Assembly: GCA_951406725.2 (NCBI GenBank)
Contig: OX597814.1
Location: forward strand, 170,872,001-170,936,000
DNA from: Octopus vulgaris
Lineage: Eukaryota
Reading direction: 5' to 3'
DNA length: 64,000 bases
Both the position numbers and the translations under genes were made by a program. Below the pieces are notes generated by a model that did no database searches, was not told the DNA's origin, and saw only the letters and a program-made list of their open reading frames with translations. Within the stretch, counting starts at the first letter, position 1, and each line of letters opens with the position of its first letter. Positions 11,739 through 24,784 of the stretch are shown piece by piece.

Positions 11739-13482
11739 ACATATAATAAAGTATAGTATGGATATTAGTTATCCTTTACTGGTGTCACTTATGATGAGCA
11801 GTAGTCAAGCAAAGAAAAACTACAAAACCAGACTAAATCCACATATATCTCGTTTTTGAGAGTCAAGACTATTGAAAAGGTTGCAAGGCGCAACGAAAAT
11901 TTTAGGAAAATAAAAATAAGAAAAAAAAAAATGGAAATTTTACTATTGAGTGTGTTACATTATAAAGGCACAAAAAGAGAATGACTCTCCCCATCCACAC
12001 ATATCTTTTTACAGGTTTCAGTCAAATATCTGTGGGCTTGCTTTCTTGAGAATGTGTACTTGATAACAGTAACCACAGAGTATATTTTAACTTCAGAGGG
12101 ATTAAGCTTAGCCTATGTTGATCGTAATTTGGCAGATGTAGTCAACTTTGACCAACCCATCTGCTTTCTATGTGAAGGGAATTCACATCTAGGTTATCCA
12201 ATAGTCATTTTTTTAAGACCAGAGGGTGTGATTTGGAGGATTTTGGTTGATATTTGTAGCAAATTTAACAGGCTCTCCTTTCCCTGCTGATCTGTCCCCT
12301 GCTGATCTGTCCAAGCCCATTCTCTTGGCTGTGGTTTTGCTACACAGTAGATTGGGTCTCTCTTGTTGGCTCATAATAGACCAGTGTTTTAACTAGAAAG
12401 AGGATTGCCTCAATCAATTATAAAAAATAATTTGAAAATTATCAACAGCTCCTTGACAATAAAATGCCTATGTCTTATTTCCCACCAGCAAATGGCATGG
12501 CTTTTATGTCTATAACTAAAACAGTTAACTTTCAATAGGTCGGTGTGAGTATCTAGCCAAGGCATGAGTGCACTCAATAGAATACAACACCAGCAGGATA
12601 TAATTGAGACAGCAGAAGGCAGTGTACAGTTGGCAAGTGTCTCCACTAGCTTGCTGTGCTGTGCTAAAATCTTCATATGTACAATGCTTAAAGAAGTATG
12701 GGACAAACAAAGCTGACCCATTCCTTCCTTCACCTGAGATGATAAATCAACTAGGTGAAAAACAAAGTGATGCCAGTATGGGTGCATGAGTATGAGACAT
12801 GGGGAAGTTATGCAGAAACCCTAGCCCCCTACTTTCGCCAGTGGTCCTCTGCATAAATAATTTTTACATTTATCGGAGAGAGTAAGAGTAAGCAAGAAAC
12901 AAAGAATGGGAAAAAGGGAATGAGAGAAAAATGAAGAAATATAACAGAGTTAATGGTACATTAAAAAACAAACAAAAAAAACATTTCTAACAGTTTGAAC
13001 AAATATAAATATTTAGGACTACATGAAAGGAGAATAACAGCAGACTACAATTTAATAATGATACTACAGAGGAAAGAATTCTTCATTCCAAGTCTTGTCA
13101 ACATTTAATTCCATTTTTCAGAGGCTAGGTTCTGGTTTCATTAATTACCCAATATAAGGCAGAAAACTGTAAAATGTTGGACTGTATAAATGCCTTGTAG
13201 TATTTGGTTACACTGCTCTATGAGTTCTGAGTCCAAAATCCAGAAGGAATTAACTACTCTATTCCTTTCACCCTTTCAGAATGAGGAAGATGGAATGATT
13301 AGGATAAGACTAATAATATAAAATACTGTAGCTAATGTAATCAACTAGATGACACCCACACCCATCCACTGATGGATATGCTATATTGTGTGTGACTGTG
13401 AGGAATTCTAATTTAATTTAAATTATATAATTGTGTGGATTATGTGAATGTGAACAATTTACATACACTATGTCACCGCCAT

Positions 13483-13852
13483 CACCGTCACTGCTGTTGT
13501 CCTTGTCTACATCATGATCCACCGTCACTGCTGTTGTCCTTGTCAACATCATGATCCACCGTCACTGCTGTTGTCCTTGTCAACATCATGATCCACCGTC
13601 ACTGCTGTTGCCCTTGTCAACATCATGATCCACCATCACTGCTGTTGCTCTTGTCAACATCATGATCCACCGTCACTGCTGTTGTCCTTGTCAACATCAT
13701 GATCCACCGTCACTGCTGTTGTCCTTGTCTACATCATGATCCACCGTCACTGCTGTTGTCCTTGTCTACATCATAATCCACCGTCACTGCTGTTGTCCAT
13801 GTCAACATCATGATCCACCGTCACTGCTGTTACCCTTGTCAACATCATGATC
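13483..13852. repeat. Minisatellite, 10 x 37 bp
   Basis: Unit CACCGTCACTGCTGTTGTCCTTGTCAACATCATGATC, contiguous, 0-3 substitutions per unit, no spacers. Confidence 0.97.
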
Positions 13853-16605
13853 ATCATCACATTATATTTTCCATGCTCGTATCATCAGGGCCCTTTACAG
13901 CAAGGACTGGGTGCATTTGAAGATGTCACTAGTCAAGTTACCTGAAGCAGGGTGAGAGAGACCTTTCTACTCTGTATCAGTTTTTATTCAGACTTACAGT
14001 CCTTCCTCTGTGTGTATGCATGTAATGTGTATCAATCACTGCCTTAAATGCACACACACACACACACACACATTATATCAATAAACGCAATAATAATTTG
14101 TTACATAATCATTTGCACAAAATTGCAAATCTATATTTGTAAGGGCACCGTCAATTGGTTAGATTCTAGATATGTTGCTAATACTTACTTATTGGTACCA
14201 GAAGGATGTAAAGGCAAAGAGTTGACCCTGACAAAACTTTAAATTGGAACGTTATGGTTATAATCAAATTTGTACTGTCTGCACTCCTCTAGATTTTCTC
14301 ATAACTTGCTTTCTTTAGTTTCTACTAAGGTACCAAAGGAAGTGGCTATGCCATTTTTTCTGAAATGCAGCAAGTGAGCATTTACCGAGGGAACAATGGA
14401 ACCTTTGCTAAACCAACTTGAAATAAAAAAAATTATGTCCTTGACCATAGTCCTGCTCAGCCAGTGCTAATCTAGGACTAAGTAACATGTGGAAGTGTCT
14501 TAAAAATGAAAATCTCGAGTGAAAAATGTATATTTCAGTACATACTTCAGTTTATGGGCTTCATATATTAGTTAAATTAACAGCACCACCATTATTTCAG
14601 TATCAAATTTAATGTTTTTCTGCACTGCTCTCATTTATTTGCAAGTTTCACTAGTGATTAATTTAATCATGTCCACAATGATAAAGGATTTTGTAGGGAG
14701 GAGACTTACCATTTTTTTTTTAATGTTAAGAACTTGTACTAATTAGCCAGTGTAAAATGAAACTGCTTCATTAAATTGGGAAACTGAATGAAGCTATATC
14801 ATAAAAGAAAAAAACACACAAAAATGAAGTAAAATGAAATTAACCAATCTCTGAATAATGAATAAATGTACAATTATACACACACTATAAATATATATAT
14901 ATATATATATACACACACACCAGCAGCTAAGCCTGGTTTCACCCGGTTGGTTTTGATGATGTAGCTGTAAAACCTGCTCTGTGTAAGCATTTGACTCGTT
15001 TGGGCACGCTTACATTAAAAAAACAATTTTAGAATGACTTTTTCCGTCAAAACACTAAAAATAACTGACCAACAACAACAAAAAAAAACAACCAAGATTC
15101 AACCAAATCACAAAATAAACCCAAGTAAGCAAACACAGATGAACCATCCCACTTCCATTGCATGTGCACACACACACACACACATTCACATACCCCTTTT
15201 ACATACACACACATATATTCACACAGAGTTGAAACGCTGTTTTATTTATTTTTTCAGTGTACAATTTTCATCATCCCACTACCAAGTATGACATCACCCC
15301 TTCCTTTCTCATTCATAAACGGAAGAGTATTATTATAGTAGATTATCTCAGTAACCATGGGAGATATGAAAAAAATGCAAAGCCCAGCATCACCATCGGA
15401 TCATTCTACACATCTGTGTAATTTTTCGTGCAATTCCACCCAGCCATTTGACTGTGAATCCCAAGACAAGAAAGAATCGCCCATGTTAAATTTATATGTA
15501 GAGATTTACAGTGCCAATACAATTATAGAAGAAATAGTCAAGACATCAGAAAATGAATTTTAAAATACGCTAGACTGGATCGACTTACTGTTTGACTAGG
15601 TCATTACTTTTTTTTTAATTCTAAGTTTAACTCCTTCTAGGTTTGGTTTACTTTTGCTTTTCATCCAGGTTTATTGTTTTTATTGTTGTTTAAGGACAGG
15701 GCAGTACTGATTGAGAACACATGTAATCAAAAGCTACTCTCATCCTTGTTTTCAAACATGCCATATTTCATGGTGTGTAAGACACTGTTTTTGCCAAAAA
15801 AATGTATCAAAATCACCCCAGGTTCTATATGTAAAATTGAGCATCCCACAAGCTTTAATGCATTGAACATTTTCCCTCTGAATGAGCTACTGAAATTGGA
15901 ACATCTTATATGCCAGGTATCAACTTTGCATTTTTCTTATTGGAAAGTTCTAAGCTCCTTCAAACCCTTACCAAACCACTTGAGAGTGACTCTGGGTCTA
16001 TGACAGACAAAGAAAAAAAAACCTCCTGTTTTAAAGTATTCTTGTTTTTAGCTAACATTTTATGCAAGAACTATTTTATTTTTTTGCTAAATTTCATTAA
16101 TTCCAAACACTTAATAATGCTTATTAATAAGTTGGCTGTTTTAATAAATCCCTCTCAAGTTTTTGCCTATTTTTGGAGTTAACTGAAACATAAAAGCAAT
16201 ATATATTTAATTAGAAATGTGGTCACAAAACCATTAAACCCACTAATACACTAATGAAATCAACACTACTACTAATACTACCAATCTAATACTACACAAC
16301 AACTAACACTACCAATCAGCAAGTAAACCAGCTGCCAAATAGGATGATGATTCATATTTCATAACCAGCTGCAGTCTATGATGCATATCATTGAATAGGA
16401 AGAAACATTAAACTATGGATGTTCCAGTGCACCTAATCACAAACAATGACCATGAGAGCAAAAAGGAGTAGGCACACCTCTCTGCTACAAAGAATGTTTG
16501 AGATAAGATGTTCATGCTGAACATTAACTGCATCAATCTCCTTGGTGTGGGATGACTTGTTAAAGTCATGGATATTGTCCAAATGTCTCTGATTCTCTAA
16601 TTTAA

Positions 16606-16836
16606 CCCTTTAGCATCGGACATATCTGGCCCAAATATTCTACCTGTCTTTTGAAGCTGACCAGATCCACTTACCCTACAATGTTAATCTAAAAATTGTC
16701 ACATCTTCAACATCTTGAAGCTACCAGACAATATAGGATTAATTAAAAAAAATGTAAATAAATAAACATTGATTAATTCTAAAAAATGTGAATAAATAAA
16801 CATTATCTTTGACGAACTAATTTGATTGCTAAAGGT
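16606..16836 (+). mobile_element. piggyBac-type MITE family B
   Basis: TTAA-CCCTTTAGCA...TGCTAAAGGT-TTAA. Confidence 0.85.
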
Positions 16837-17293
16837 TTAACAGAAAAATAAAAAGTACTGTGTAATTGACACATAACCATAGACAAGCATTTTTAAAGAT
16901 ATAATACATCTTAAAAATGCTGTTCTTGTTGTTTAGTTCCAGGTTAGCCCTGATCAAACAGACCAAACCTGTAATCAAATGTATTGTCACGGTGATCACA
17001 AAAACAGATGCGAGTTCAGAGATGTGGTTGTTATTTCTAACAGATAGACTGACCACATAAAGCACCTTCATCCCTCAATTCTGTTATACTTATTCTCCCA
17101 TAACAACCACCATCATCATCATATAAGAGTGGTTGGAAGGTATCAATGCACTGCAGAATGAGAGCTTCAAAATGCTGTTGCTAGCTTTACTGTAGTAGCT
17201 GTAGACCTACATGTCTATTCTGTGCAACTGTGAACTGGATGGAGAGCTTATGTAGATGAGTGATAACTTAGCCTTGGCCATCAACATCTAGAT

Positions 17294-17534
17294 CGGTGTT
17301 ACTCAACCATTTTTCACCTACAGACCCCTTTGATACCTTTTTAACGTGGGTGAACCCTCATGGCCATTCAATCTTTAAAAACAATTCTATTGTAGTTTTA
17401 TAATTAAATATTATTAGGAATTGTAATTTAAAAAATTGCTAAAATATTTTGTGTACTGGAGAAGTATAACCGGTTTATTGCACTTAAATTTTTTAACAAC
17501 AAAATCTTATATGTACCCTGGCTGAGAACCACTG
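17294..17534. mobile_element. hAT (Charlie-type) MITE
   Basis: 8-bp TSD ATCTAGAT (17286-17293, 17535-17542); degenerate TIR CGGTGTTACTCAACC / GGCTGAGAACCACTG. Confidence 0.85.
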
Positions 17535-19147
17535 ATCTAGATGAAATCTAAACTCAAAACACACAAAGTACTAGAACAGATGCGCTAATAATTCCATTAA
17601 CCCACTGCACTGGACTGGTACTTAATGTATTGACCTCAAAAAGATGAACATTGATCTCAGAGGGATGCTGAAGTGCAGAATGAATATGACTCAGCATTCA
17701 CTCACCCATTTTCGTCTTCCTAAGACAAAAACATCACACATTCAATTATCATCTTTTTTTTTTTTTATATTCCTTTATTAAGAAAGTATAAAGTATTTAA
17801 AAGGTTAAATTAGCACACTCAAGTGTGCAGTCACACAAACACATTTAAATATTCATCAGGCCTTCAGTAGTAGTATTATGTCATTAATGTATATCTTACT
17901 CCAGAATGTGTGTGCGTGTGCATGCGCATGTGTGACAGAGTACATACTCTCTTGGGATTTAATACATCACATCCATATACACCAATGCTGCACACACAAA
18001 TATGCATAGAATTGATACATGGATATATGATGTGTAAAATCCCAAGAGATAATCAATTCATGCAAAGAATATGGGGAAAAGCAAAAAAAAAAAAAAAAAA
18101 GACTTATCATAATAGAATTTATAGATTGAAGTTTCCATATTTCCATGCGAATGTCACTGTTGACATATAACACTGCTGGTAGGAACAGGAAATTTAGGTT
18201 GTCTTCTACACTAAATATTATCAGATGCTATAACCGATACACACATACACAAAAATGCCGGCATGCACACACTCATATATAGTCATTGGAAGAACTACAT
18301 ATTTTTATGGTTTAATGTTCAAGTTCACATGCTCAATAAACGCATGATAGTAATGGTGATAGTTACAAAGAATTAAGTGTAGTAGTTAGTCTATGATATA
18401 TGTGTAAATAAGTAGTCTTTTGTAACTTGTAACAAACACTTAGTGTAGGAGATAGCTATAGGTAGATATTAACCGCTTTCTCCTTGTCTCCTGTAAAGGT
18501 TTATGTGACAGAAAGAGATAGTAGCAATCACGGAAAGTGAATTAGGAAAAACATAGCAGGGAGCATGATCTAGCTTAATATCCACCCTACTAATAATTCA
18601 ACATATACACGTGTGTGTGTGTGTGTGTGTGTAAATACACTCAAGTAAAAAAGGAAATGTAAAAAAAGTTATGTATAATGTGATGGAAACATGAAATCAA
18701 ACATTTTGAACAGGGGATACCTTTGAAGAGTATAATATTCTTCTGAAATATTAGGCTTCCCAACCAAATGGTCCTGGGTTCAGTACTATTGTGTGGTATT
18801 TCACTACAACACCAGGCCAACCAAAGCCTCAAGAGTGGATTTGGCAGATGAAAACTGACTGAAGTCTATCATGTGTGTGTGTACATAGATACATCACATA
18901 ACAAGTGCCTGTGCTAGTGTCACATAAGCACCCAGAAAGTGGATGGCATTAGGAAGGGCATCCATAGAAACCAGATAAGCCACCTATACCTGGATACAAC
19001 TCACTCAACAAGAACTCCCTACATGAATGGACCATGACACTACAAAACATGAGTTAAAAAAGAGTTAGCTAATCCAATCAGATGGTGCTATTAAGTTAGA
19101 CATGGTCTGGAAAAATCTTTGGTCAAAACTTATCCAAGTTTTATATT

Positions 19148-19183
<36 letters not shown>

Positions 19184-19312
19184 TATTAGAGGGAAACCAT
19201 TATGTGGACACCCTTATACTAGAAATAGATCAGTTTTTTTATATGCTAGACCACTGGTGTGAAATCAATGTTAATTAAATTAATATCTAACTTCTCACCC
19301 TCATTTTAAATT

Positions 19313-19356
<44 letters not shown>

Positions 19357-19944
19357 CACACATATTTTTACACATCCACACAAATCATATATATATATAT
19401 ATATGTATATACACACGCACACACACACGTGCGCAAATATCAAGCATGCACATGGCCATGTGGTTAAGAAATTTGATTCCCACACCTTGATTTAAAGCCG
19501 TTTCTTTTAATTTCATTGGAATTATTAAAGTCAACACATATACATATAGTCAGAGACACATATATACATTCATATAGATGTACACTGGCTTTGGCAAAAG
19601 CCAACATCAGAATCAATACTTGTGTTTCTATAACACTGTTCATCCTGTCCCACTTGTGTGGTGTGTCAATAAATAAATAATTTAATGTGCTGACCATCAC
19701 AGTATATATAGCACAATTTGATATTGATCAGAACAGTATGTATTCATACTTTCTCTATCATGTTCACCAACCCCCCATCTGCATTCCCTTGCTGACATCA
19801 GTGTGTAAGAAATACTGCTTACTGGCTTCAGGTAGAATGAAAAGTTAAGGTGAAAAGAAAATTTCCGATAGCTAACAGGGTGAGAGAAAGTGAGAAAGTG
19901 TGTGTGTATGTGAATAATGTACACATTCATGCATGCATTCTAAT

Positions 19945-20250
19945 ACAATATTTACATTATTTACAATTGACGGATATTTGTCCTCGTCCTGTTTGTTGTT
20001 AACACAAGGTTTCGGCTGATATACCCTCCAGCCTTTATCAGGTGTCTTGGGAAAATTTTCAAACCTGGGTTCTCATTCCTAAGGTATTTTTCAATGTTTT
20101 TGCTGTTATTATTATTCAGGTCACTGCCTGGAATCGAACTCGGAAATCTTGGGGTTAGTAGCCTTCATTCTTAACCACTAAGCCAAGATGAGGACAAATA
20201 TCCATCAATTGTAAATAATGTACATAATTCCTCATCTCTTAAATATAGAA
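19945..20250 (-). mobile_element. tRNA-headed short retroelement with hammerhead motif and inverted terminal segment
   Basis: 12-bp TSD ATGCATTCTAAT (19933-19944, 20251-20262); minus-strand A-box TGGCTTAGTGG (20175-20185) and B-box GAGTTCGATTCC (20130-20141); 39-bp inverted repeat 19953-19991/20184-20222 with 3 mismatches. Confidence 0.85.
20001..20047 (-). ncRNA. Minimal type-I hammerhead ribozyme motif (Penelope-type), mutated in this copy
   Basis: Minus strand GACAC-CUGAUAA-A-GGCUG(GAGGGUAUAU)CAGCC-GAAA-CC-UU-GUGUU: 5-bp helix II, helix I GACAC/GUGUU; differs from the canonical core at G8 (A here) and in the ACGU helix-III palindrome (ACCU here). Confidence 0.6.
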
Positions 20251-20505
20251 ATGCATTCTAATGTCTTGTATCTGTAAATGTTTGTGTTGTTTATTTAACC
20301 ATATATCGACTTTAACTGAAGAGATTTACAATCAAAGAAATTCTAGTCATGACCACCTTGTCAGAGATCAGTTGTTCAATATGTCCATTTTCTATTTAAG
20401 ATGCTAGGGTATGTTTGAGAGAAATATGCTTGTTATTTGCTAGGAGGTTGGTCTACCATGTAAATGTTCCATCATTGGCATGAATTGTTGTTATTATTAT
20501 TATTA

Positions 20506-20716
20506 AGGCAGTGAGCTGGCAGAATTATTAGCATGCCGGGCGAAATGCTTCGTGGTATTCTGTCTTTATGTTCTGAGTTCAAATTCTACCAAGATCGACT
20601 TTCCATTTCATTCTTTCCATGTTGATAAATTATGTACCAGTGAAACACTGGGGTCGATGTAATCAACTAGTCCCCCCCCACCCAAATTTCATGGCCTTGT
20701 GCCTTCAGTAGAAAGG

Positions 20717-20763
<47 letters not shown>

Positions 20764-21200
20764 GACAGCAAGGTGGCAGAATCGTTAGCCACTCAGGGTG
20801 AAATGCTTCATCCATCTTCACATTCTGAGTTTAAATTTCGCCATGGTGGACTTTGCCTTTCATCCTTCCAGGGTTGATAAACTAAGTGTCAGTTGAACAC
20901 TGGGATTAACATAATCAACTAATCACCTCCCCCAAAATTGCTGTCCTTGGGGTAAAAATTTCAAACCATTATTATTATTATTATTACTATTATTATTATT
21001 ATTATTATTATTGCTGTTAAGGTGGCAAGCTAGCAGAATTGTTACCATGTCCAGCAAAAGGCTTAGAGCATTTTACTCCTCCTTTACATTCTAGTTTCAA
21101 ATTCCGCCCAGTTGACTTTGCCTTTCTTTCTTTCATTGATTAATAAAATAAATACTGATTCTATTTAAACAACTAACCCCCTCCCCACCAAGTTTCAAGC
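20506..21200 (+). mobile_element. Three head-to-tail SINE M copies separated by long (ATT)n tracts
   Basis: Copies ~20506-20718, 20762-20968, 21019-21200; (ATT)n at 20717-20762 and 20968-21012. Confidence 0.9.
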
Positions 21201-21617
21201 CATCATCAACATCATTATTATAGTAGTGGTAGTAGCAGCAGAGGTGGGAACTCTAAAGCACTAACCAGACTTGTGTGTTTGTACATAAATATATTAAGCT
21301 TATTTCGTTTTTATGTAAATTATTTGTGAAAGTGTTTAGCTGTATGTAATACACCTAGAAATGCAAATTACAAGTAAAATATTGTGATAAATATATGTAC
21401 AACACAGACATGACAGTTCTTGATGTACTTACAAATATTTATTTAGTTAATTACATTATGGCATCACTTTGCCTTTTATTACATGAGAAATTGATAAGTA
21501 CCAGTCATACACAACTGAACGTTCCTTTTCCTTCTAGCTTACCCATTTATGTTACAAGTGAATGAAGTTACTGAGTTAGCTAGAAACAACAGTCAAGAAC
21601 ATATCCTACTACCTTAA

Positions 21618-21835
21618 CCCTCTAATATTTAAGATGGCCTTATCTAGCTCAAATATTCTATCAGTTTCATGCTTAGCTTGACCAGATTTGACCTCTCATA
21701 TTTATCCTACAATGTTATTCAAAAAATGATCTTATTAATATCTCAAAGCTATAAGATGGCGCATAGTTAAACAAAACAAAGTCAATTAATAATCTTTGTA
21801 TTTGACAGAGTCGCCTGAAAGCAAAAATAAAAGGG
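21618..21835 (+). mobile_element. piggyBac-type MITE family B
   Basis: TTAA-CCCT...AAGGG-TTAA with family B body. Confidence 0.8.
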
Positions 21836-21954
21836 TTAAAAAACAAGAAAGGGCACAGCAGATAAAAAGGACAAAACTGTTGCAGCTGGAACATCTGAGA
21901 GTGAAAGTTGGCTGGATTAGGGGCTATGTTACTAAACAACTTTGCTACTGCCAT

Positions 21955-22320
21955 CACCATCACTACCACCACCATCATTTTTATGTTCACTTTTCCGTGC
22001 TTGCATGAGTTAGATGGAATTTATTAAGGCAGCTTTTCCATGGCCAAACATCCTTCCTCTTACCAATCCTTACCTGTCTTCAAGTAAGGTATTTCCCATG
22101 GCCAGATGTTTTTCATGGAAGACTAAAAATAACACCTTGATGCATATTCACAATCATCACATGATGTTAAAACAAGAACACATACACACTCACACACACA
22201 CACGTTTATGATAAGCTTCCTTCAGTTTCTGTCTACCAAATCCATTCCCAAAGATTTAGTGGAAGACACTTGCCCAAAGTGCTATACAGTTGAATTTCCC
22301 AACTAAATGGTTGGAACATC
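21955..22320 (-). mobile_element. Decayed SINE N-type tail followed by a SINE K fragment
   Basis: (CAT/CAC)n + TTTTCCGTGCTTGCATG tail motif; then CTTCAGTTTCTGTCTACCAAATCCATTC..GAAGACACTTGCCCAA (CORE-like, reverse). Confidence 0.65.
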
Positions 22321-22903
22321 TACATATGCATGCAGAAAAAGGACAGTCATTATAGAATGGTGAAGAATTGACCACTGTTTTGTAGAGAATTTACTTCCTA
22401 GGTATATGATAGAACACTTAACTTGATTCTTTACCATTTTAGTTACAACATATGCACAAAAGTAAATAGGTTCGCAAAAATGAATTTGAGCAAAAATTAA
22501 GATTTTTCTAAGTGTGAAATTATTTAAAGAATAAAAGACAAAGAGAATTTAACTCAGAAACTAACACATCATCAATCACTATTACCATGACAAGTAGTAT
22601 AAAAAATTTACAAAAATTACCTCCTTAAAGTTATTCCTGTGTAATAAGGCGGTGTGTGTGAGTGTGTGTGTCTGTGTGTGTGTAAGTGTGTTAACAACAG
22701 GGCTCCTAAAATAAACCAATATAGACTGGATTTTGAAAGAAGGCCTTTGGTTTTGTATTCTGGCTAAACAACTAGCTTGTTAAAAGTGCTTATAGCTGAT
22801 GTGCGTGTAACATTTACAGGCAAAAAAGTTATTCTGAAATTTGCAGCAAATTTAAACACAGTTTGTATAATCCAAGTTTATTTGTACTACTTAAGAGACC
22901 ATC

Positions 22904-23200
22904 ATACGTTGCTAATGGTTTGAGACGGGGTTATATTTAAGAGGCATCTCTGTTAAGATTCTGAGTGGTATCTGTTGCTAATGTTTTGAGAGATGCCTGT
23001 TGCTAATGTTTAGCAAGGATATGTTTGAGAAGTATCTATTGCTAATATTTTGAGAAGTTATGTTGACAATGTTTGAGAGATATTTGTTACTCTATGTGGT
23101 TTTGTCTGGTTATTTCTGAGGGTCATCAGTTCCTAATGTTTGAGGTGTTATGTTTGCAAGGTACTTCTTGCTAACATTCGAAGGCCTAAGTTTGAATAAG
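22904..23200. repeat. Degenerate ~24-bp tandem array (consensus ~TCTGTTGCTAATGTTTTGAGAGGTA)
   Basis: GTTGCTAATG-like cores at ~22908, 22974, 22999, 23038, 23062, 23129 and 23168. Confidence 0.65.
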
Positions 23201-23414
23201 TGCTTCAGCAACTAATGCTACTCTTCAGTTTAGTTATTGATTAAATTCCAGTAACGAATTATTGCAAAAAAATATTCTAAATTGCATACACACAAGCTTA
23301 CACACAAATGCTTGTAAAAGTACGTAAAAATGAAATATAAATAACAGGAGTCGGTTATTGGTGAGGAGGGGTGGAGAAACTGAGCAGTAAGTACAGTAGG
23401 GTCGAACGTGTAAA

Positions 23415-23811
23415 TCTTGTATCTTTTATTTGTTTCAGTCATTAGGCTGTGGCCATGCTGAGACACTGCCTTGAACGATATCAATCAAATGCATCAACCC
23501 TAATACCTATTTTTAAGCCTGATACATATTCTATCAGTTTCTTTTGCCGAGCTGCTAAATTACATGGATGTAAACAAACCAACACTGGTAGTCAATCAAT
23601 GGTGGAAGACAATCACAAAGACACACTCACACACAAGCAAGCAAACACACCATAGGCTTCTTTCAGTGTCCATCTACCAAATCCACTCACAAGGCTTTTG
23701 TTGGCCCAGGGCTATAGTAGAAGACATTCAACAAGGTGCAGTGCAGTGAGATTGAAACCAAGGCAGTATAGTTGGGAAGCAAATTTCCTAATCACAGAGT
23801 CATGCCTGCAC
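23415..23811 (-). mobile_element. SINE K copy
   Basis: Reverse complement of the tail (TGTTTCAGTCATT..GGCCATGCTG) and of the body (CTACCAAATCCACTCACAAGGCTT..GCTATAGTAGAAGAC). Confidence 0.85.
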
Positions 23812-24341
23812 CCTGTAAGCTCTGCTTGTGTCTATGTTTAAAAAGAAAAACTAATTAAGAAATTTACAATAATTGCACAAAAAGTATTTCAAAATAAGAC
23901 ATTGTGGCAGATTAAATTATTTTTCAGGAACAAGCTTTAGTAAATTATAAGTTATCTACCAGAAATATGGGAAAGAGCCTTCAGTAGAACAGAAAGGAAC
24001 ACATACACATTGACCAGAAATTGCTCGCTACATTTTAATATTACCCTCTTCAACGGCAACTGATAATATTTTCTTCCTTCTAGGATGACTGAAGAATCTG
24101 TCTATAAATATTATCATTCTGGGAAAAAAGCATTATGAAAAGGGAGAGAGAGAGAGAGAGAATACTAAAACCAGAAGTATTCCAGTAAGCAGTATGTTAC
24201 TTGCTTTAATCACTGCTATTATAAACTAGAGATGGGCAGACTAGATAATTCCTTGTAAATGGTTTATATGTGAGGGTAATGGAATTAAATAGGGAACAGA
24301 GTCTCTGTATATATAAATATATATATACATATATATTATAG

Positions 24342-24594
24342 ATCATCGTTTAACGTCCGCTTTCCATGCTAGCATGGGTTGGACGGTTCAACTGGGGTCT
24401 GGCAAGCCCGAAGGCTGCACCAGGCCAGTCAGTCTGGCAGTGTTTCTACAGCTGGCGTTAGGAAGGGCATCCAGCTGTAGAAACACTGCCAGATCTGACT
24501 GGCCTGGTGCAGCCTTCGGGCTTGCCAGACCCCAGTTGAACCGTCCAACCCATGCTAGCATGGAAAGCGGACGTTAAACGATGATGATGATGAT
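24342..24594. mobile_element. Foldback (inverted duplication) of the 3' end of SINE family N with (GAT)n tail
   Basis: Arms 24342-24455 and 24471-24585 are reverse complements except one 1-nt indel; 15-nt loop. Same tail (GCATGGAAAGCGGACGTTAAACGATGATG) at 55110, 57633 and 63182. Confidence 0.95.
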
Positions 24595-24784
24595 AAAGGG
24601 AAGAAAGGTCATAAGGAAAATGAGTAAGAAATAGCTCACCCTTTGGTTTATGTAAAACCCATATATGCATATACACACATATATAGATACATATACAACA
24701 CACATGACACCTGTCCATTCATGACCAACAAAGACCATCCTTGATAATTACATACATTGTGCACCGAGACAAACTTATACTTTA

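Noticed and set aside
13483-13852. 37-bp repeats as a CRISPR array
   Set aside because: Units are contiguous with no unique spacers, there are no cas genes, and the context is eukaryotic.
20117-20185. tRNA gene
   Set aside because: A and B boxes are present but the acceptor and anticodon stems do not pair; it is a SINE-type head, as in the other SINE families here.
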